DNA from: Podarcis melisellensis
Taxonomy: Eukaryota
Assembly: GCA_964234715.1 (NCBI GenBank)
Contig: OZ174279.1
DNA length: 64,000 bases
Reading direction: 5' to 3' (one strand)
This document shows, piece by piece, positions 40,330 through 53,574 of this stretch. The notes under the pieces were generated by a model. The model had not been told where the DNA came from and made no database searches. It was given only the letters and a program-made list of their open reading frames with translations. The position numbers were made by a program, and so were the translations under genes. Position 1 is the first letter of the stretch. Each line of letters begins with the position of its first letter.

Positions 40330-41120
40330 TATATATATCTATATATAGCTTCGGGGAAAACGCGTGGAAGTTGGCGAAGAGAAAACGCTGAGTGAGCCGA
40401 GTGACGCTTGCTTGGCGTCTTTCAGCATCGTCACCCGGATGACGGAGGAGGCCCAGCGCTGTTTCGAAAGGTGCAACTCTTGCTGGGGTGCAAACCTTAC
40501 CTGGCCAAGTGGGATCCCTTGGTGGGCGGGAGGGAGGGGAGGCGACCTTCGTCCCCCCGCCCCCCACCCGCTAGGTGTACCAGGCAGCACCCACTGCCAT
40601 CCGATTCCTTGTCCCGGGGGTTGAGAGCAGCCTCGGAGGCGGAGGAGGCGTTGCCGTGGAAACGGAAAATCCGCTTTGTGACGCGGTTCGAAGAGCGGCC
40701 GCTTCCCTCTAGCCCGCCCCTCCCCATCCGAGACCCAGACAAAAGGAGCCGCTCGGAGCCCACGTGGCTGCAAGCCGCAAGGCACTGGCCTGTTTCCACG
40801 CCCCCAGCCCGTAAACTCCGCCCCCCTCGAGGGGGGGTGTCTCAGGGAGCGCCGCGCATCGGGGAAACATGGCTTCACGCGCATTCCACAGGGGTTCGGT
40901 GTCAAAAGATAAGCAAGGTTTGGCTGCCAGGTTGGAGCCCTACCTTCTAAGGTGCGGCTGCGGTTGTTTCGGGGAGGGGAGGGGAGGAAAAGCTCCGCTA
41001 TGGAGCTCCCAGTAGTTTTAAGGAAGCCTTTTGCACGTGTTTCTGCACAGGAGCGGGTAGTGGGAAACGCCCAACGAGCCCATCACGAGTTTAGGAGAGC
41101 TGCAACATGCTTTAAGCGCG
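40330..41120. promoter_or_regulatory. Second, intronic CpG island; candidate alternative ACSL3 promoter/first exon
   Basis: CpG-dense with no recognisable TE termini; minus-strand donor CAG|GTAAGG at 40500-40495; CGGAAA, TGACGC, CACGTG and CCCGCCC motifs at 40660-40770. Confidence 0.6.
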
Positions 41121-42340
41121 ATCTCACAAACTTGCAGGGTTTTCCCTGCTTCCTTGAATGTGTTACGTTTCAATGCAGCTATAGGAGTGTCGATTAAGCT
41201 GCCATGTGTTGTTTTTTACGGGTCTCGTATGCTACTTCATGCAACACTTTTCCTGAAGGTTACTCTATTAAAAATTGGACTACACTTCCTATTATCTGCA
41301 GATCACCGGCTTGGCTGGCTGGTGCTGCTGGGAAATGAAGTACCACAATATCTGGAGGACCACAGTTTCCTCATCCCTTGGACAGGTCCTGTCACCATGT
41401 TTGACAATCTGCACTCTAAAGGCACATATGCAGCCTAATGGACTGGAATTCTTGCTTCAATTTCAAACTCTTATTTTTGTAATGAAATGGCAAAAGTAAA
41501 GTGAAATAGATCTTTTACCAGGATAGTCATCAAAATTATATAATCTGAGCAAGTCAACAGCATGTTGGGGTGTGTGAAGGTAAACAAACTGTCATGATAC
41601 ATGACATAGGTGTTTTACTCTGGAGCTTTTTATTAGCTCATCAGGATAGTAAACATTAAATGTTGATGGCCACACAAAAGCAATACAGTCTAGTGATCTG
41701 TGAAATGACCATGTATTGGGCACACCCACAGCCTTAAGATTTTATTTGGTAAATATTTTATTAATACGCCTTTAGATTCAAAATTTCTGGGGGGGGGGCT
41801 TTTAAATTATAAACAAGCTTTCAGGCAAAACAAGTTTTCACACTATAAAAAGGTGGCAATTGTGGGGTATTCTTATTCATTCTACATTGCAGTAGACATA
41901 GTATTATTCTGCTAATACAGCCAAACAAATAATTGCTATACTTTATTAAAAAAATGATGTGAATTAATAAGGTTTTTATTGTTCATGTTTAGTAACTGCA
42001 AATGTAAATGTCTACCATTTGTTTGCTTACCTGTGAACTGATTTTTTAAAAATCCTTGCCCCTCTCTATCACTTTATAGGTTAATTGCTATAGCTCTTTC
42101 CATAATTGCATCAAGATGAGGAAAGCTCTACCTGTGCAACAACTGCTTGATGTTATATACACAGTATTGGGAAGACATGGCAACCAGTATTAAATCAGAC
42201 AAGCAGATGTCTTAGCTCAGCATTCTGTCAGCAGTTCTGGCTAACTAGATGCAGTACTGGCTAACCAGATGCAGAGCTTAATGTTGGCTCCTCACTAATG
42301 GGAAATGCATGGATTTAGCCTTGCCATCAAACACATAATC

Positions 42341-42786
42341 CAGTGGTTTTCAACCAGTGTGCTGCTGCACCCTGGGGTGCCTTGAATGATGGTCAGGGGT
42401 GCTGCTGGCAACACTGGCGTCTGTCACACTTTTCTCTGGTGCCTCTGTCCTACCTCTGATGCCCTCTCTGATGCTTGCACAGCTGTTTATTGCAGCAGTC
42501 CTGGCTATAAGATCTGCAGGTGAATGGTGCCTCTCGAAAGCACCCCTCTTTGGGGGGAGGCAGCTCAGAGACCAGGGACGGGCAGCGCTCAGAGGACTCC
42601 CAAAGAGAGGGGAGAGTAGAGGAGGCTAAGGGAAAACTCTACATGGAAGGGTGTTCGAAAACGGGTGAGAGGCTGCCAGCTCTGCAGGCAAATGGTGACA
42701 TAACTGGGCTCCTGAGCCCCACAGGGGTGCCACAGAAAGAATGTAGCTGGCCATGTTTGTGGACTCACAAAGGTTGAAAACCTCTG
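42341..42786. mobile_element. hAT non-autonomous element
   Basis: TIR CAGTGGTTTTCAACC/GGTTGAAAACCTCTG; perfect 8-bp TSD ACATAATC (42333-42340, 42787-42794). Confidence 0.88.
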
Positions 42787-43594
42787 ACATAATCTATAAC
42801 TCACTAGCATAGCTCTTACCTTTAGAATTGACGACACACACAAATGTTCTCCCTCTTATCCCGAGTAATTATACCATACTGTATTGTAAATTAGAATAAA
42901 CCCTTCCAATAGAAGAGGCTAGTACTTCCACAGGGTCTTGAGCCCCAGCACTGCTCACTTTAGAAAGGAATTCCTGGCCAGATGCCTTTAGAGGATTTCA
43001 CAAGAGCAGGACGATTTTCACCCTTTGTTAGTCAATTGCTACGTAAAACCCAGAAGTATATTCTCTACATTAAAAATATGGTTTTGTGATTTAGCATAGC
43101 CTTGTAAATTAAGCCCACAAAGCTTACTCCCCAGCAAAAAATTTAGTGCAAGCTCCTCTGCAGCTAGTATGGAAATGCAAACTTAGTGGCCTCTTAGCAG
43201 ACTAGTGAAAACAAAACAAAAAGCTTGCCTTCTATTAGAAAGAAAAGCAGAGGGTGTGCCTCCTGTGTTGAATGTGGAAGAGAAGTAGTTTCCCATCCTT
43301 TGCCATTAACATGGTATCCAAGTGGAGTGCGGCAAGAGTACTCACCTGCTTAGAATTCCTCATCACTCACAGCTACCTGGCAAGTTGTTAAATACAAGAC
43401 TGATTTAATGGCCACAAACACATTAGTCATCCCTTAAGTGGTTTTAAGAGAGCTATTTTATGCACTGGGGCATAAGAACAATCTATGGCAATTCATTCCA
43501 AAGATGAACTCTGCATTGCTAGAACTGAAAAGCCACAGCTTAAAGCTGGCAAGCAAAATTATATATACCTCAGATGAATCATATATATATATAG

Positions 43595-43951
43595 AAAAAG
43601 GTAAAGGACCCCTGGACGGTTAAGTCCAGTCAAAGGTGACTATGGGGTTGCGGTACTCATCTCACTTTTCAGACTGAGGGAGCCGGCATTTGTCCACAGA
43701 CAGCTTTCCGCATCATGTGGCCAGCATGACTAAACCACTTCTGGTGCAATGGGACACAGTGACGAATGCCAGGGCCCATGGAAACGCTGTTTACCTTCCT
43801 GCCGCAGTGATACCTATTCATTTACTTGCACTGGTGTGCTTTTGAACTGCTAGGTTGGCAGAAGCTGGGACAGAGCAACGGGAGCTCACCCCGTTGTGCA
43901 GATTTGAACCACCGACCTTCCGATCAGCAAGCCCAAGAGGCTCAGTGGTTT
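43595..43951 (-). mobile_element. Sauria SINE (second subfamily, older)
   Basis: AAAGGTAAAGGACCCCTG tail on plus; body homologous to the reverse complement of 17511-17870 and to 54560-54942. Confidence 0.85.
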
Positions 43952-46353
43952 CCAGGTGTCTCACACTATCTGAGGTACGGCAATCAGAAGTGTAAGGTCC
44001 ATAAAGATAACACCATAGACTTTATGAAGTAGTTTAAGATTGACTGTTTAGCTAGCAGTATCTCACTTAGTTGTGCAACACAATGACTTTTTTTTTGTAA
44101 CTGTTTCAGAGATTGGGAAAGGATAGGAGAGATATTCCACAGCCCAGCGTACACTGAGGATTGAAAGCATATTACAAGAATCCAGCACTTTCCTCAGTAC
44201 ACTGAATCTTGCAGGGGGTGGGGTTATCTCCAGTATCAGACAACAGAAATAGCAGAGCAACAGAGAATAGGAATTGTACATGCAGTCATTGATAGTGAAG
44301 ACTAGGCAAGCAAGCAGGAGCATCTTTTGCCTGGGCTATAAAATAACTGCATGGCAGAAGGCAGCAAAGGAGGAGGAAAGGAGGAAATAGTGGCTTCTTC
44401 ATGGCTCATGTGCTGTCCCTATTATGTACTGTTACTTAGTGGTAGGTTTCGGGTTGAATTAGCAAGGGCTGGTATTGATTGATGCTTTATCATGTCCATG
44501 TAACTTGCTGAATATCTCTTACTATTAACTAGTAGTCACAATCCAAATTGCACAACTCAGGCACTGCAGCCAACTGTGATAATCACAAACCAGGAGCAAG
44601 GAAGCAATCAGTACATGTATGGTGAGAGGTAGTCTCCAAGGAATCTTTCTTTTAACATGTGGAGTTTCCTTCTGCTAGTTGTGCTTTTGGTATAAATTGC
44701 CTTATGCCAAATCAGACCACTGGTCCAGCTTGCTTATGGTCTGCATTCTCAACAATGACTGGCAATAGGTCTCTGGAGTTCCAAGAGAAAGTTTTTTCCC
44801 AGCCCTACCTGGAGATACCAGAAACTGAACTTGGAATCCTTTCCATGCAAAACATGTGCTCTACCACTGAGCTACACTCATTCATACGTTAAACACTTAT
44901 TAACTGAATGTTGGATAATTTCTTACAAAGTACCCCAAAAAATCCAGCTTTTGTTTTGGTAGCCTGTACCTGAGAAGTGAAGTTAATTTGGCCTGGAGAG
45001 AATCTCCATTAAAGTAACTCAGTCAGAGCACATTCAAGAGATACAACACCTCCTGTGAAATCAATTGATTTCTTCACTGTGAATCTTTCTAAACACTTCT
45101 AAATTGAAAGTTAAAGAAAAGAACAACAGACACCTTCTAAACATGTGAAGCCAGGGTGCAAATACCTAAAATCTTACTTCTTTCCCCACAATAGCTAATC
45201 TGGTAGTTTCCAAGGCCCAAGGCTCCCACCAGAAAACCCACAAAAGAAATTAATCCCTTTCCTTCTACCCATTAGGACAGCAGAATAAAGATGCATTTGT
45301 AGGAGCCATACCTCAGATATTTAGGACAAGCTTCCTGTCTGGCACCATTTTAAAACTTTTAACACCCAATTACTACCAGGAATATAGCATTTGTAGTCTT
45401 TTTTATTTTAATATTTAAGCCCAAATTGAGCATAAAACATGTTTTTCACCTTAGCAACTAGGAATCTTTGGAACCCACTACAGAAATCTTACTTTCCACA
45501 CAGTAGCACATACACAGTAGCACTGCTACTTCTTACTTCAGAGGTCTCCATACTACCACCCCAACAAACTCCAACAACTGAGAAATAAAGGAAGATATGA
45601 AATCTCACTCCTCTCTTCCCTGGCAAGCAAGTCCATTGGCTAGCCAAGCCCTTCATTTCCCCCCTTGCCTTCTCTACCAGCCCCAAGCCATCTACTTCAC
45701 CCACTTTCTGCTCCATAGGGCAGAATGCCCCTTCTCTTTTAGCTTTTTACCCTGTCATCCCAGTCTCTCTGTGTCTCAGCCAGTCCCTTTCTCTCCCTGC
45801 TCCTTTTATCTTGTGCTTTCAAGCCCCTAATTGGGTCCTTTCCTCTTGAGGGAAATCTGCCCCTTTCCTGTGCTAAATCTCTCATTCTATTTTGCTCATT
45901 TGGTGATCACAGACTACTGCTTTACTGCAGGTGGGCATAATTTGGGGAAATCATGCTTGTGGACTAAATCTGAACTCCTGCTGGGTCAAGTTTGGCCTGC
46001 AGACTCTAGTCTAGAGGTTCACCACCTGTGTTCTACTCAGTATCAGTTTTCCTTCCAATATCAACTTTGGCCAAATCTCCTTCGTCCAACATAAAACTCC
46101 ACTTTCTCTAACCAATTTTACTGCATCCTAGTTTTTCTATGTTCTGAGGTATGCTTTTCAATATAATTAATTATACTCTTTTATTGGTTTTAAATTCAAC
46201 CTATTGTTAACACACACACACAGCTTCTTCAACTTTTTTTTAGTAAGAATGCTTATTTTCTTTTTGATAAAATAAAATGGTCTTTTTTCTTCTTCTTTTT
46301 TTGCTATCCTTGTTGACATTTGAGGTGCCAAATTCTGGAGTGCATTCAGGTCT

Positions 46354-47040
46354 TGTGATAGGAATTTTATGGTCTTAGATATATGGCAATGTTCATAACC
46401 GCACATACATAGATCAACACAGGAAGGCCAAACTGGAACCATTTTGATTCCTAAACTGACCAAATGTTTTCTCTGCAAGGTCAAACTGGAAAAGTCTCCC
46501 CATTGTCTCTTTCCTCACAAATCCTGTCTTAAGGACACATTTAAGATATGAATAAGTTGTGAGCCTGTGACCTGGCCCAGGAAATAAGTATTTTACCACT
46601 ACAAAAGAATGGCCAGGCTCCCCAGGAAATCCAATCAAGTAACCTGCCAGACAGGAGATAAACAAGGACAAGAGAAAAAAAAAACATTTAAATTTCTGTG
46701 ATGTAGGTGGGGTGTATCTGAGGGGTGGTCTTAGGTTACACCCCTTCTGTGATGTATGCATAATGTTTCTGGGGGTGGTCTTGATCTAGAGGATGGGAAT
46801 TTCAAAAGTCTTTATAAGCCCTTGCACAGCAATTTTGGGGGTCCTCCTCCTCTCATGTGTGTGAGGGGAGTACCCTGTTGCAACAGATCAATAAAGATCA
46901 AGCTTACTAGCTGCTTTGCTTCTCAATATTCTCTGGTTGGCCTCTGTTATTTTCTCCTACCAATAGGGAACCTGTGTAAGGACTCTATATGGGCTCTTGG
47001 ATACCCCATAAGGGAAAGGGGCATATTTTTATTTACAACA
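46354..47040 (+). mobile_element. Solo LTR (ERV1- or Gypsy-type)
   Basis: TG...CA termini, 4-bp TSD GTCT (46350-46353, 47041-47044), TATA-like TTTATAAG 46811-46818, AATAAA 46890-46895, short internal direct repeats. Confidence 0.75.
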
Positions 47041-47666
47041 GTCTCAATGTCAAAAGAGCCTTTAAAAATGTGAGCAGGGGTGTATGTTACAACTTCAGGC
47101 TTGCATGCACACTTGAGGAGGTCCTCAAGGCATTTGTTCTGTATTTTCAGAAACATAAGTAACCCTCAAATGTTACAGTAAGATGTGATCAGTATATAGT
47201 GCTAATTCATTGCTGTGCCAAGCAGCCCCAACACTTTCATCTTTTGTAATTCCCACTGGATTCATTTATCCAATGAGATCAAAAAGTTGCTTAGGCTTTG
47301 CATCATGTGTGCATGGTTAAGAAACAATGAAAACCTTTATTACTAAGCCTTTCAAACATAAGAAGAGAGATAACATTCCTTACTATAGATACAACAGATG
47401 TCCTTTGTCTACAGAATTAGAGCATCATTGTGACTAAGAACCACTTGGTAGTTGACTAAGATTAATTGGATAAACAGAAGACTATAGTCACCAGCTCTAG
47501 ATACCCAGACATGTTGCCTTCAATAATGACCAAGCTACAGGTAGGGGAGGTGTGAGATGCAAACTTATCCAGTCTACAAGAGCAAAGACTACGGTAAGTC
47601 CCTGGTGTTTACTGAGGTGATACACCATGACTATACCACTTCAGATTGCAGATTCAGCTTCCATAA

Positions 47667-47670
<4 letters not shown>

Positions 47671-47707
<37 letters not shown>
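47671..47707. repeat. (AAT)n microsatellite, probably the tail of a short L2 3' remnant
   Basis: Directly visible; followed by TTTGTATACTGCCCTTCATCC..., L2-like 3' end. Confidence 0.85.
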
Positions 47708-47708
<1 letters not shown>

Positions 47709-48328
47709 CAACTATAATAAATCAAATTTGTATACTGCCCTTCATCCATAGATCTCAGGGCGTTTCACAGTGTAAAACCTGAATATTGCACCCACTTCTA
47801 CAAATAAAATATTAGACTATACCGAGGATTTCATACAGTAAAGCATTCAATTATGCAAGTGGTACAGTTCAGATACAAGTTTGTCACAAAATGAGTACTA
47901 GATCTTGGTGAACCAGCAGTAAGATGCACAAACTACAAATATTTGGACTGAGGGAGCTTCACTTTTAATGCAGGAGTTTTCCTAAATACCTTAGGAGTTC
48001 CCTCCCCTCACTTCTGATTTTGGCAAACCATAAACGAAACATGTAATTTTCGTCTTTCTTCCCTTATTAGCAAAATGCAATGCTATCATTTTGTTGAAGG
48101 ACTTGCTAGAAGGTGCTTTAGACCTCAGATACAAGAAAAATGTAATTTGATTTTAAGTTTAGTGTGTTTAATCTCTGAAGTATCTACAAGCGATCTACAA
48201 GTATCTACAAGTGATTACTTAAGGACAGCAAGTGGACTAGGTTTCAATGCTAATCAAGACAGCAAATACCCCAAATCATGAACTCTATGTTGATAAAGCA
48301 GAGTATCTAGCCTATCTTTAAGGCTGTT

Positions 48329-48447
48329 GGGTAGTATTCAACTAAGCTTTACTCAGAGGAGACCCACTGCAATTAATGGACCTAACTTAGTCATGTTCAT
48401 TCATTTTAATCCAGCTACTCCAAGTAAAACTTAGTTGAATACCACCC
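48329..48447. mobile_element. Short palindromic MITE-like repeat
   Basis: GGGTAGTATTCAACTAAG...CTTAGTTGAATACCACCC inverted termini. Confidence 0.55.
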
Positions 48448-49008
48448 ATTGTTAGCTCATCAGGCTCAGGCCCTCCATGAACACTGGAACACATAGAACA
48501 CATAGAAAAAGGTGGTCTGGGATAAGTGTACCCACATTTTTAATGTTTTTCCACTGAAACTACATCTTTGTTGACCCCTTTGCATAAGTCATCTTTTCTA
48601 ACACACAGGTTATCCAGACAAAAATTAATGTGCGTGGTCTCTATTAACTGCTTAGAAGCCATTTGGTAATTAATTAATTAATTAATTAATTAAAATAATT
48701 ATAATATACTCCAGGACAAAGAATATCAGTTCCATGCCGCCATATGAATGCACACTCACTCCTAAATTCCCATTTTGATATTCACAGGTATACAGACAGA
48801 CAAACAGAAACTTCTCTAAGACATTACAGGGAACTTTAGAAGATAAGTTCTCAAAAGGCCACATCTCTCTCATCTGTAAAAATCTCATTTCTTCCTGACT
48901 GCTTGCCACACATTAGACTCAAGCTACAGATTATACAGGGGGAAAGAAGACATATCTTTTGCCAGTTGGTGGTAACTATGCCATTATATTTTAATCAACT
49001 AATTAAGG

Positions 49009-49144
49009 GAGGCATAGGCAAACTCCGGCCCTCCAGATGTTTGGGACTACAATTCCCATCATCCCTGACCACTGGTCCTGTTAGCTAGGGATGATAGGAA
49101 TTGTAGTCCCAAACATCTGGAGGGCCAGAATTTGCCTATGCCTG
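49009..49144. mobile_element. Palindromic hAT-type MITE
   Basis: AGGCATAGGCAAA...TTTGCCTATGCCTG termini, internal GGGACTACAATTCC/GGAATTGTAGTCCC symmetry, degenerate 8-bp TSD aattaagg/gattacgg. Confidence 0.8.
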
Positions 49145-49412
49145 GATTACGGAGTTCTATTTTAAGGTCATATGTATCATTTTTATACAATACCATCTAT
49201 GTACATTATACATACATAGGAAGTAAGAAGATGCCCCCAAAAGTCATCTACAATTACAATGATGCAATTTCAAGAATAAAGTTTGAATTATAAAGTAGTC
49301 TAATTGCTACATTTAAATTTATTTTCTAAGACAAGTCACACAAGCAATATGTTCACCCTGTACTGTTAGTGAAGCATTCTATAAAAATACACAAAAAATA
49401 GTAAACATTTTA

Positions 49413-49631
49413 CAGTGGTACCTCTGGTTACGAATTTAATTCGTTCTGGAGGTCTGTTCTTAAGCTGAAACCGTTCATAACCCAAGGAGCGCTTTCACTA
49501 ATGGTGCCTTGTGCTGGCGCATGACTCCTGCTCGCATCCTGGGGAAAAGTTTGCAACCAGGAGCATCTACTTCCAGGTTAGCAGAGCTCGTAACCTGAAG
49601 TGTTCACGGTACGTAACACAAGGTTCCACTG
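49413..49631. mobile_element. Tigger-like MITE
   Basis: TA|CAGTGGTACCTCTGGTTACG...CGTAACACAAGGTTCCACTG|TA. Confidence 0.78.
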
Positions 49632-49837
49632 TACTGTTTAAATATGCATTCCGTGCACTCGACAGTCTTTCACACATGAGAAGTAGGGTAAATTCACACA
49701 TTGCAAAGCAAAAAATCCATGTTTGCCATGGTAAATCCTAGCAAAACATATATTGTCTTATACACCAGTAGAACCTTGGTGGTTCTAGGAAGCCTTAGTA
49801 GCTTCTTCAATAAGGAAAGCAGAAATAGGGACTAAGG

Positions 49838-49842
49838 CAGGC

Positions 49843-49890
<48 letters not shown>

Positions 49891-52800
49891 TATTTATACC
49901 CCGCCCATCTGGCTGGGTCTCCCCAGCCACTCTGGGCGGCTTCCATAGAAACCAAAAATACAGTAAAATATCACATGTTAAAAACCTCCCTGAACAGGGC
50001 TGCCTTAAGATGTATTCTGAATGTCAGGCAGTTGTTTATCGCTTTGACATCTGCTGGAAGGGCGTTCCACAGGGTGGGCGCCACTACCGAGAAGGCCCTC
50101 TGCCTGGTTCCCTGTAGCTTTGCTTCTCGCAATGAGGGAACCGCCAGAAGGCTCTCAGCGCTGGACCTCAGCGTCCGGGCAGAATGATGGGGGTGGAAAC
50201 GCTCCTTCAGGTATACTGGACCGAGGCCGTTTAGGGCTTTAAAGGTCAGCACCAACACTTTGAATTGTGCTCTGAAACGTACTGGGAGCCAATGTAGGTC
50301 TTTCAAGACCGGTGTTATATGGTCTCGGCGGCCACCCCCAATCACCAGTCTAGCTGCCGCATTCTGGATTAGTTGTAGTTTCCGAGTCACCTTCAAAGGT
50401 AGCCCCACGTAGAGTGCATTGCAGTAGTCCAAGCGGGAGATAACCAGAGCATGCACCACTCTGGCGAGACAGTCCGCAGGCAGATAGGGTCTCAGCCTAT
50501 GTACCAGATGGAGCTGGTAAACAGCTGCCCTGGACACAGATTTGACCTGTGCCTCCATGAACAGCTGTGAGTCCAAAATGACTCCCAGGCTGCGCACCTG
50601 GTCCTTCAGGGGCACAGTTACCCCATTCAGGACCAGGGAATCCTCCACACCTGCCTGCCTCCTGTCCTCCAAAAACAGTACTTCTGTCTTGTCAGGATTC
50701 AACCTCAATCTGTTAGCCGCCATCCATCCTCCAACCGCCTCCAGACACTCACACAGGACCTTCACCGCCTTCACTGGTTCTGATTTAAAAGAGAGGTAGA
50801 GCTGGGTATCATCCGCATACTGATGAACACCCAGCCCAAACCTCCTGATGATCTCTACCAGCGGCTGCATGTAAATGTTGAAAAGCATGGGGGAGAGGAC
50901 TGAATCCTGAGGCACCCCACAAGTGAGCGGCCAGGGGTCTGAACACTCATCCCCCAGCACCACTTAGTGAACACGGCCCAGGAGGATGGAGCGGAACCAC
51001 TGTATGACAGTGCCCCCAGCTCCCAGCCCCTCAAGACGGTCCAGAAGGATGTTATGGTCGATGGTATCAAACGCCGCTGAGAGATCCAGCAGAACTAGGA
51101 AACAGCTCTCACCTTTGTCCCTAGCCCGCCGGAGATCATCAACCAGCGCGACCAAGGCAGTTTCAGTCCCATGATGAGGCCTGAATCCCGACTGGAAGGG
51201 ATCCAAATGGTCCGCTTCTTCCAGGCGTGCCTGGAGTTGTTCGGCAACCGCTCACTCATCACCCTGCCCAAGAACGGAAGATTTGAGACTGGGCAGTAGT
51301 TGGCCATCATGGCCGCATCTAAAGATGGTTTTTTTAAGAAGCGGTTTAATAACTGCCTTTTTCAGTGGGCCTGGGAAGGCTCCCTCATGGAGGGAAGCAT
51401 TCACCACCCCACGAAGCCCATCGCCCAGTCCTTCCCGGCTAGCTTTTATAAGCCAGGTTGGGCAAGGATCCAGGAGACAGGTGATTGGTTTCACTCATCC
51501 AAGCAGCCTGTCCACATCCTCGGAGGTAACAGATTGGAATTGATCCCACTCAATTTGACTAGACAGAACTCTAGCACGCTCCCGCCCCGGCCCTGCTCCC
51601 ATGGTGGAGTCTACTTCTTCCCGAATCTGAGCGATTTTATCTGCAAAAAACTTTGCAAAATCATTGCAGGAGAACATGTGGCCCGTACTGGGCCCCGATG
51701 TTGCAGGTGGTTCCGCTAAATTGTGAACCACCTGAAAAAGTCTCCTGCTGCTGTTTTCTGCAGATGCAATAGAGGCGGTGAAGAAATTCTTCGCCGTTGC
51801 TATCGCCACTTGGTAGGCTCGACGTTGAGCTCTAACCTGTGTCCGGTCAGATTCGTAATGAGTAATCTGCCACCGGCGCTCTAGCCGTCTCAACAATTGT
51901 TTCATTGCCCTCAGATCCGTGGAAAACCAAAGGGCTGTCCGGGCTCCATGCAATCGGAGAGGGCGCTTCGGAGCCAAACAGTCAATAGCCCTGGTTAACT
52001 CCAAATTCCTGCGGGCCACCAGGGAATCAGCTGAAAAGCCATCAACATGGGATAAAGCATCCCCTACCACTCTCTGGAAACCATTTGGATCCATTAAGTG
52101 GCGGAGGCAGACCATCCGAATTGGTCCCACCTCCCGGCAGAGGGGATGGGTCGCAGAGAAGTCTAGTTGCACCAGGAAGTGATCTGATCATGGCACTTCT
52201 TTCGTTTCGCTTTTACTTAGTGTCAGATCACCAACATCCATAGAGGTAAGCACCAGGTCCAAGGCATGTCCGCGGCTATGGGTTGGGCCAAACTTATTCA
52301 GGGACAACCCAATGGAGGCCATGCTTTCCACGAAGTCCTGAGCGGCCCCTTGTAAGGTCGTGTCGGCATGGATGTTAAAATCCCCTAGGACGACCAGGCT
52401 AGGTGTCTCCAGGAGAACATCCGCCACGACCTGAAGCAGCTCGGGCAGGGAATCCTTGGTGCAGCGGGGAGGTCGGTACACCAAAAGGAATCCTGTACTG
52501 CCCCTATTGCCCAACTTCCAGAACATCCACTCGGCAAACTGGGTCTTCCCAATAGGACGCCTGGTGCAAACTAATAACTTCCTAGAAATCACTGCAACCC
52601 CCCCTCCCCGCCCACATGACCTGGGTTGCTGTGCGTAAGAGAAACCTGGTGGACAAGCAGTGGCAAGGACAGGCCCATCTGCTTCATCCAACCAAGTCTC
52701 TGTTACATGCCAGGTCAAGTCCTCCATGATCAAGTCATGGATGGCAGTGGTCTTATGAATCATTGACCTGGCATTGCACAGCAGCACCTTCAGGTCATGT

Positions 52801-53574
52801 CGGTATCCCTTGCTGATTCTAGTATCCATCCGGTCAGGACCAGACCTGGAGGCAGGAATAGTCCTCAGACAATGACTAAACCTACCCCCTTTGTAATGAC
52901 ATGGTCTAGTCTTAGCATAACTCCTCCTCCTACCCGTGATCACTGAGATCGGTTGTCCCAGTGCATCCCCCCCTGTGGAACATGCCCCAGCCATTTTGTG
53001 GGCTGGGGCCCACTCCCCAGCAGCCCTGACCCCTCCCCCTAAGAACAATATAACACCTTAAACAAGCAAACAAAACCAATAAAACAATACAAACAAAAAA
53101 TCTAAAAATTACAAAAACATCAAAATTAAAAAAAAATCCCCAAGCCCAACCAAATATCCATCCCACCCCCACATACAAAAAATCCAAAAGAAATTTTTAA
53201 AAAACATTTTAAAAACACTCTGTGCCCCTCTGGCAGTAACAGCAACTGTCCTAGTGAGGCCTGTCAGGCCCCGCCCTGGACCAGGTGGTAAGTGGCAAGA
53301 GCAGGGCCCTCAGGCACTCACTCAGGGGAGTCCTCCCGGGCAGCAGGCAGCAAGCAGTCCTTGTGAGGCTTCAGGCCCCGCCCCAGGCCAGATGGTAAGT
53401 GGCAGGAAGGAGCAGGGCATAGGCAAACTCAAAGGAGCAGGGCATAGGCAAACTCAGCCCTCCAGATCTTTTGGGACTACAACTCCCATCTTCCCTAGCT
53501 AACAGAACCAGTGGTCAGGGGTGATGGGAGTTGTAGTCCCAAAACATCTGGAGAGCAGGGTTTGTCTATGTCTG
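49838..53574. mobile_element. hAT-type MITE split by the L2 insertion (pieces 49838-49845 and ~53441-53574)
   Basis: 8-bp TSD GACTAAGG at 49830-49837 and 53575-53582; TIR CAGGCATA(GGCAAACT); same family as the intact copy at 49009-49144. Confidence 0.8.
49843..53440 (-). mobile_element. Near full-length decayed L2-clade LINE (APE endonuclease + reverse transcriptase ORF2)
   Basis: APE motifs NARS, TETW, YRPP, GDFN, LDL, (W>stop)SDH; RT motifs QSGFRPHHGTETAL, LLDLSAAFDT, GVPQ, YADD; L2-type C-terminus (SRLDYCNAL, HITPVLKDLHWLP); (TAT)n tail at 49843-49888. In-frame stops at 52188, 51495, 50964 and about two frameshifts near 51330 and 51255. Confidence 0.92.

Noticed and set aside
40190-40950. 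125-188 aa ORFs in the intronic CpG island
   Set aside because: Stop-poor GC-rich DNA, overlapping in several frames, no recognisable domain.
42025-43346. Consensus minus-strand donors CAG|GTAAGC (42030) and CAG|GTGAGT (43345); also GCG|GTGAGC at 58369
   Set aside because: No convincing paired acceptor or other exon evidence from sequence alone.
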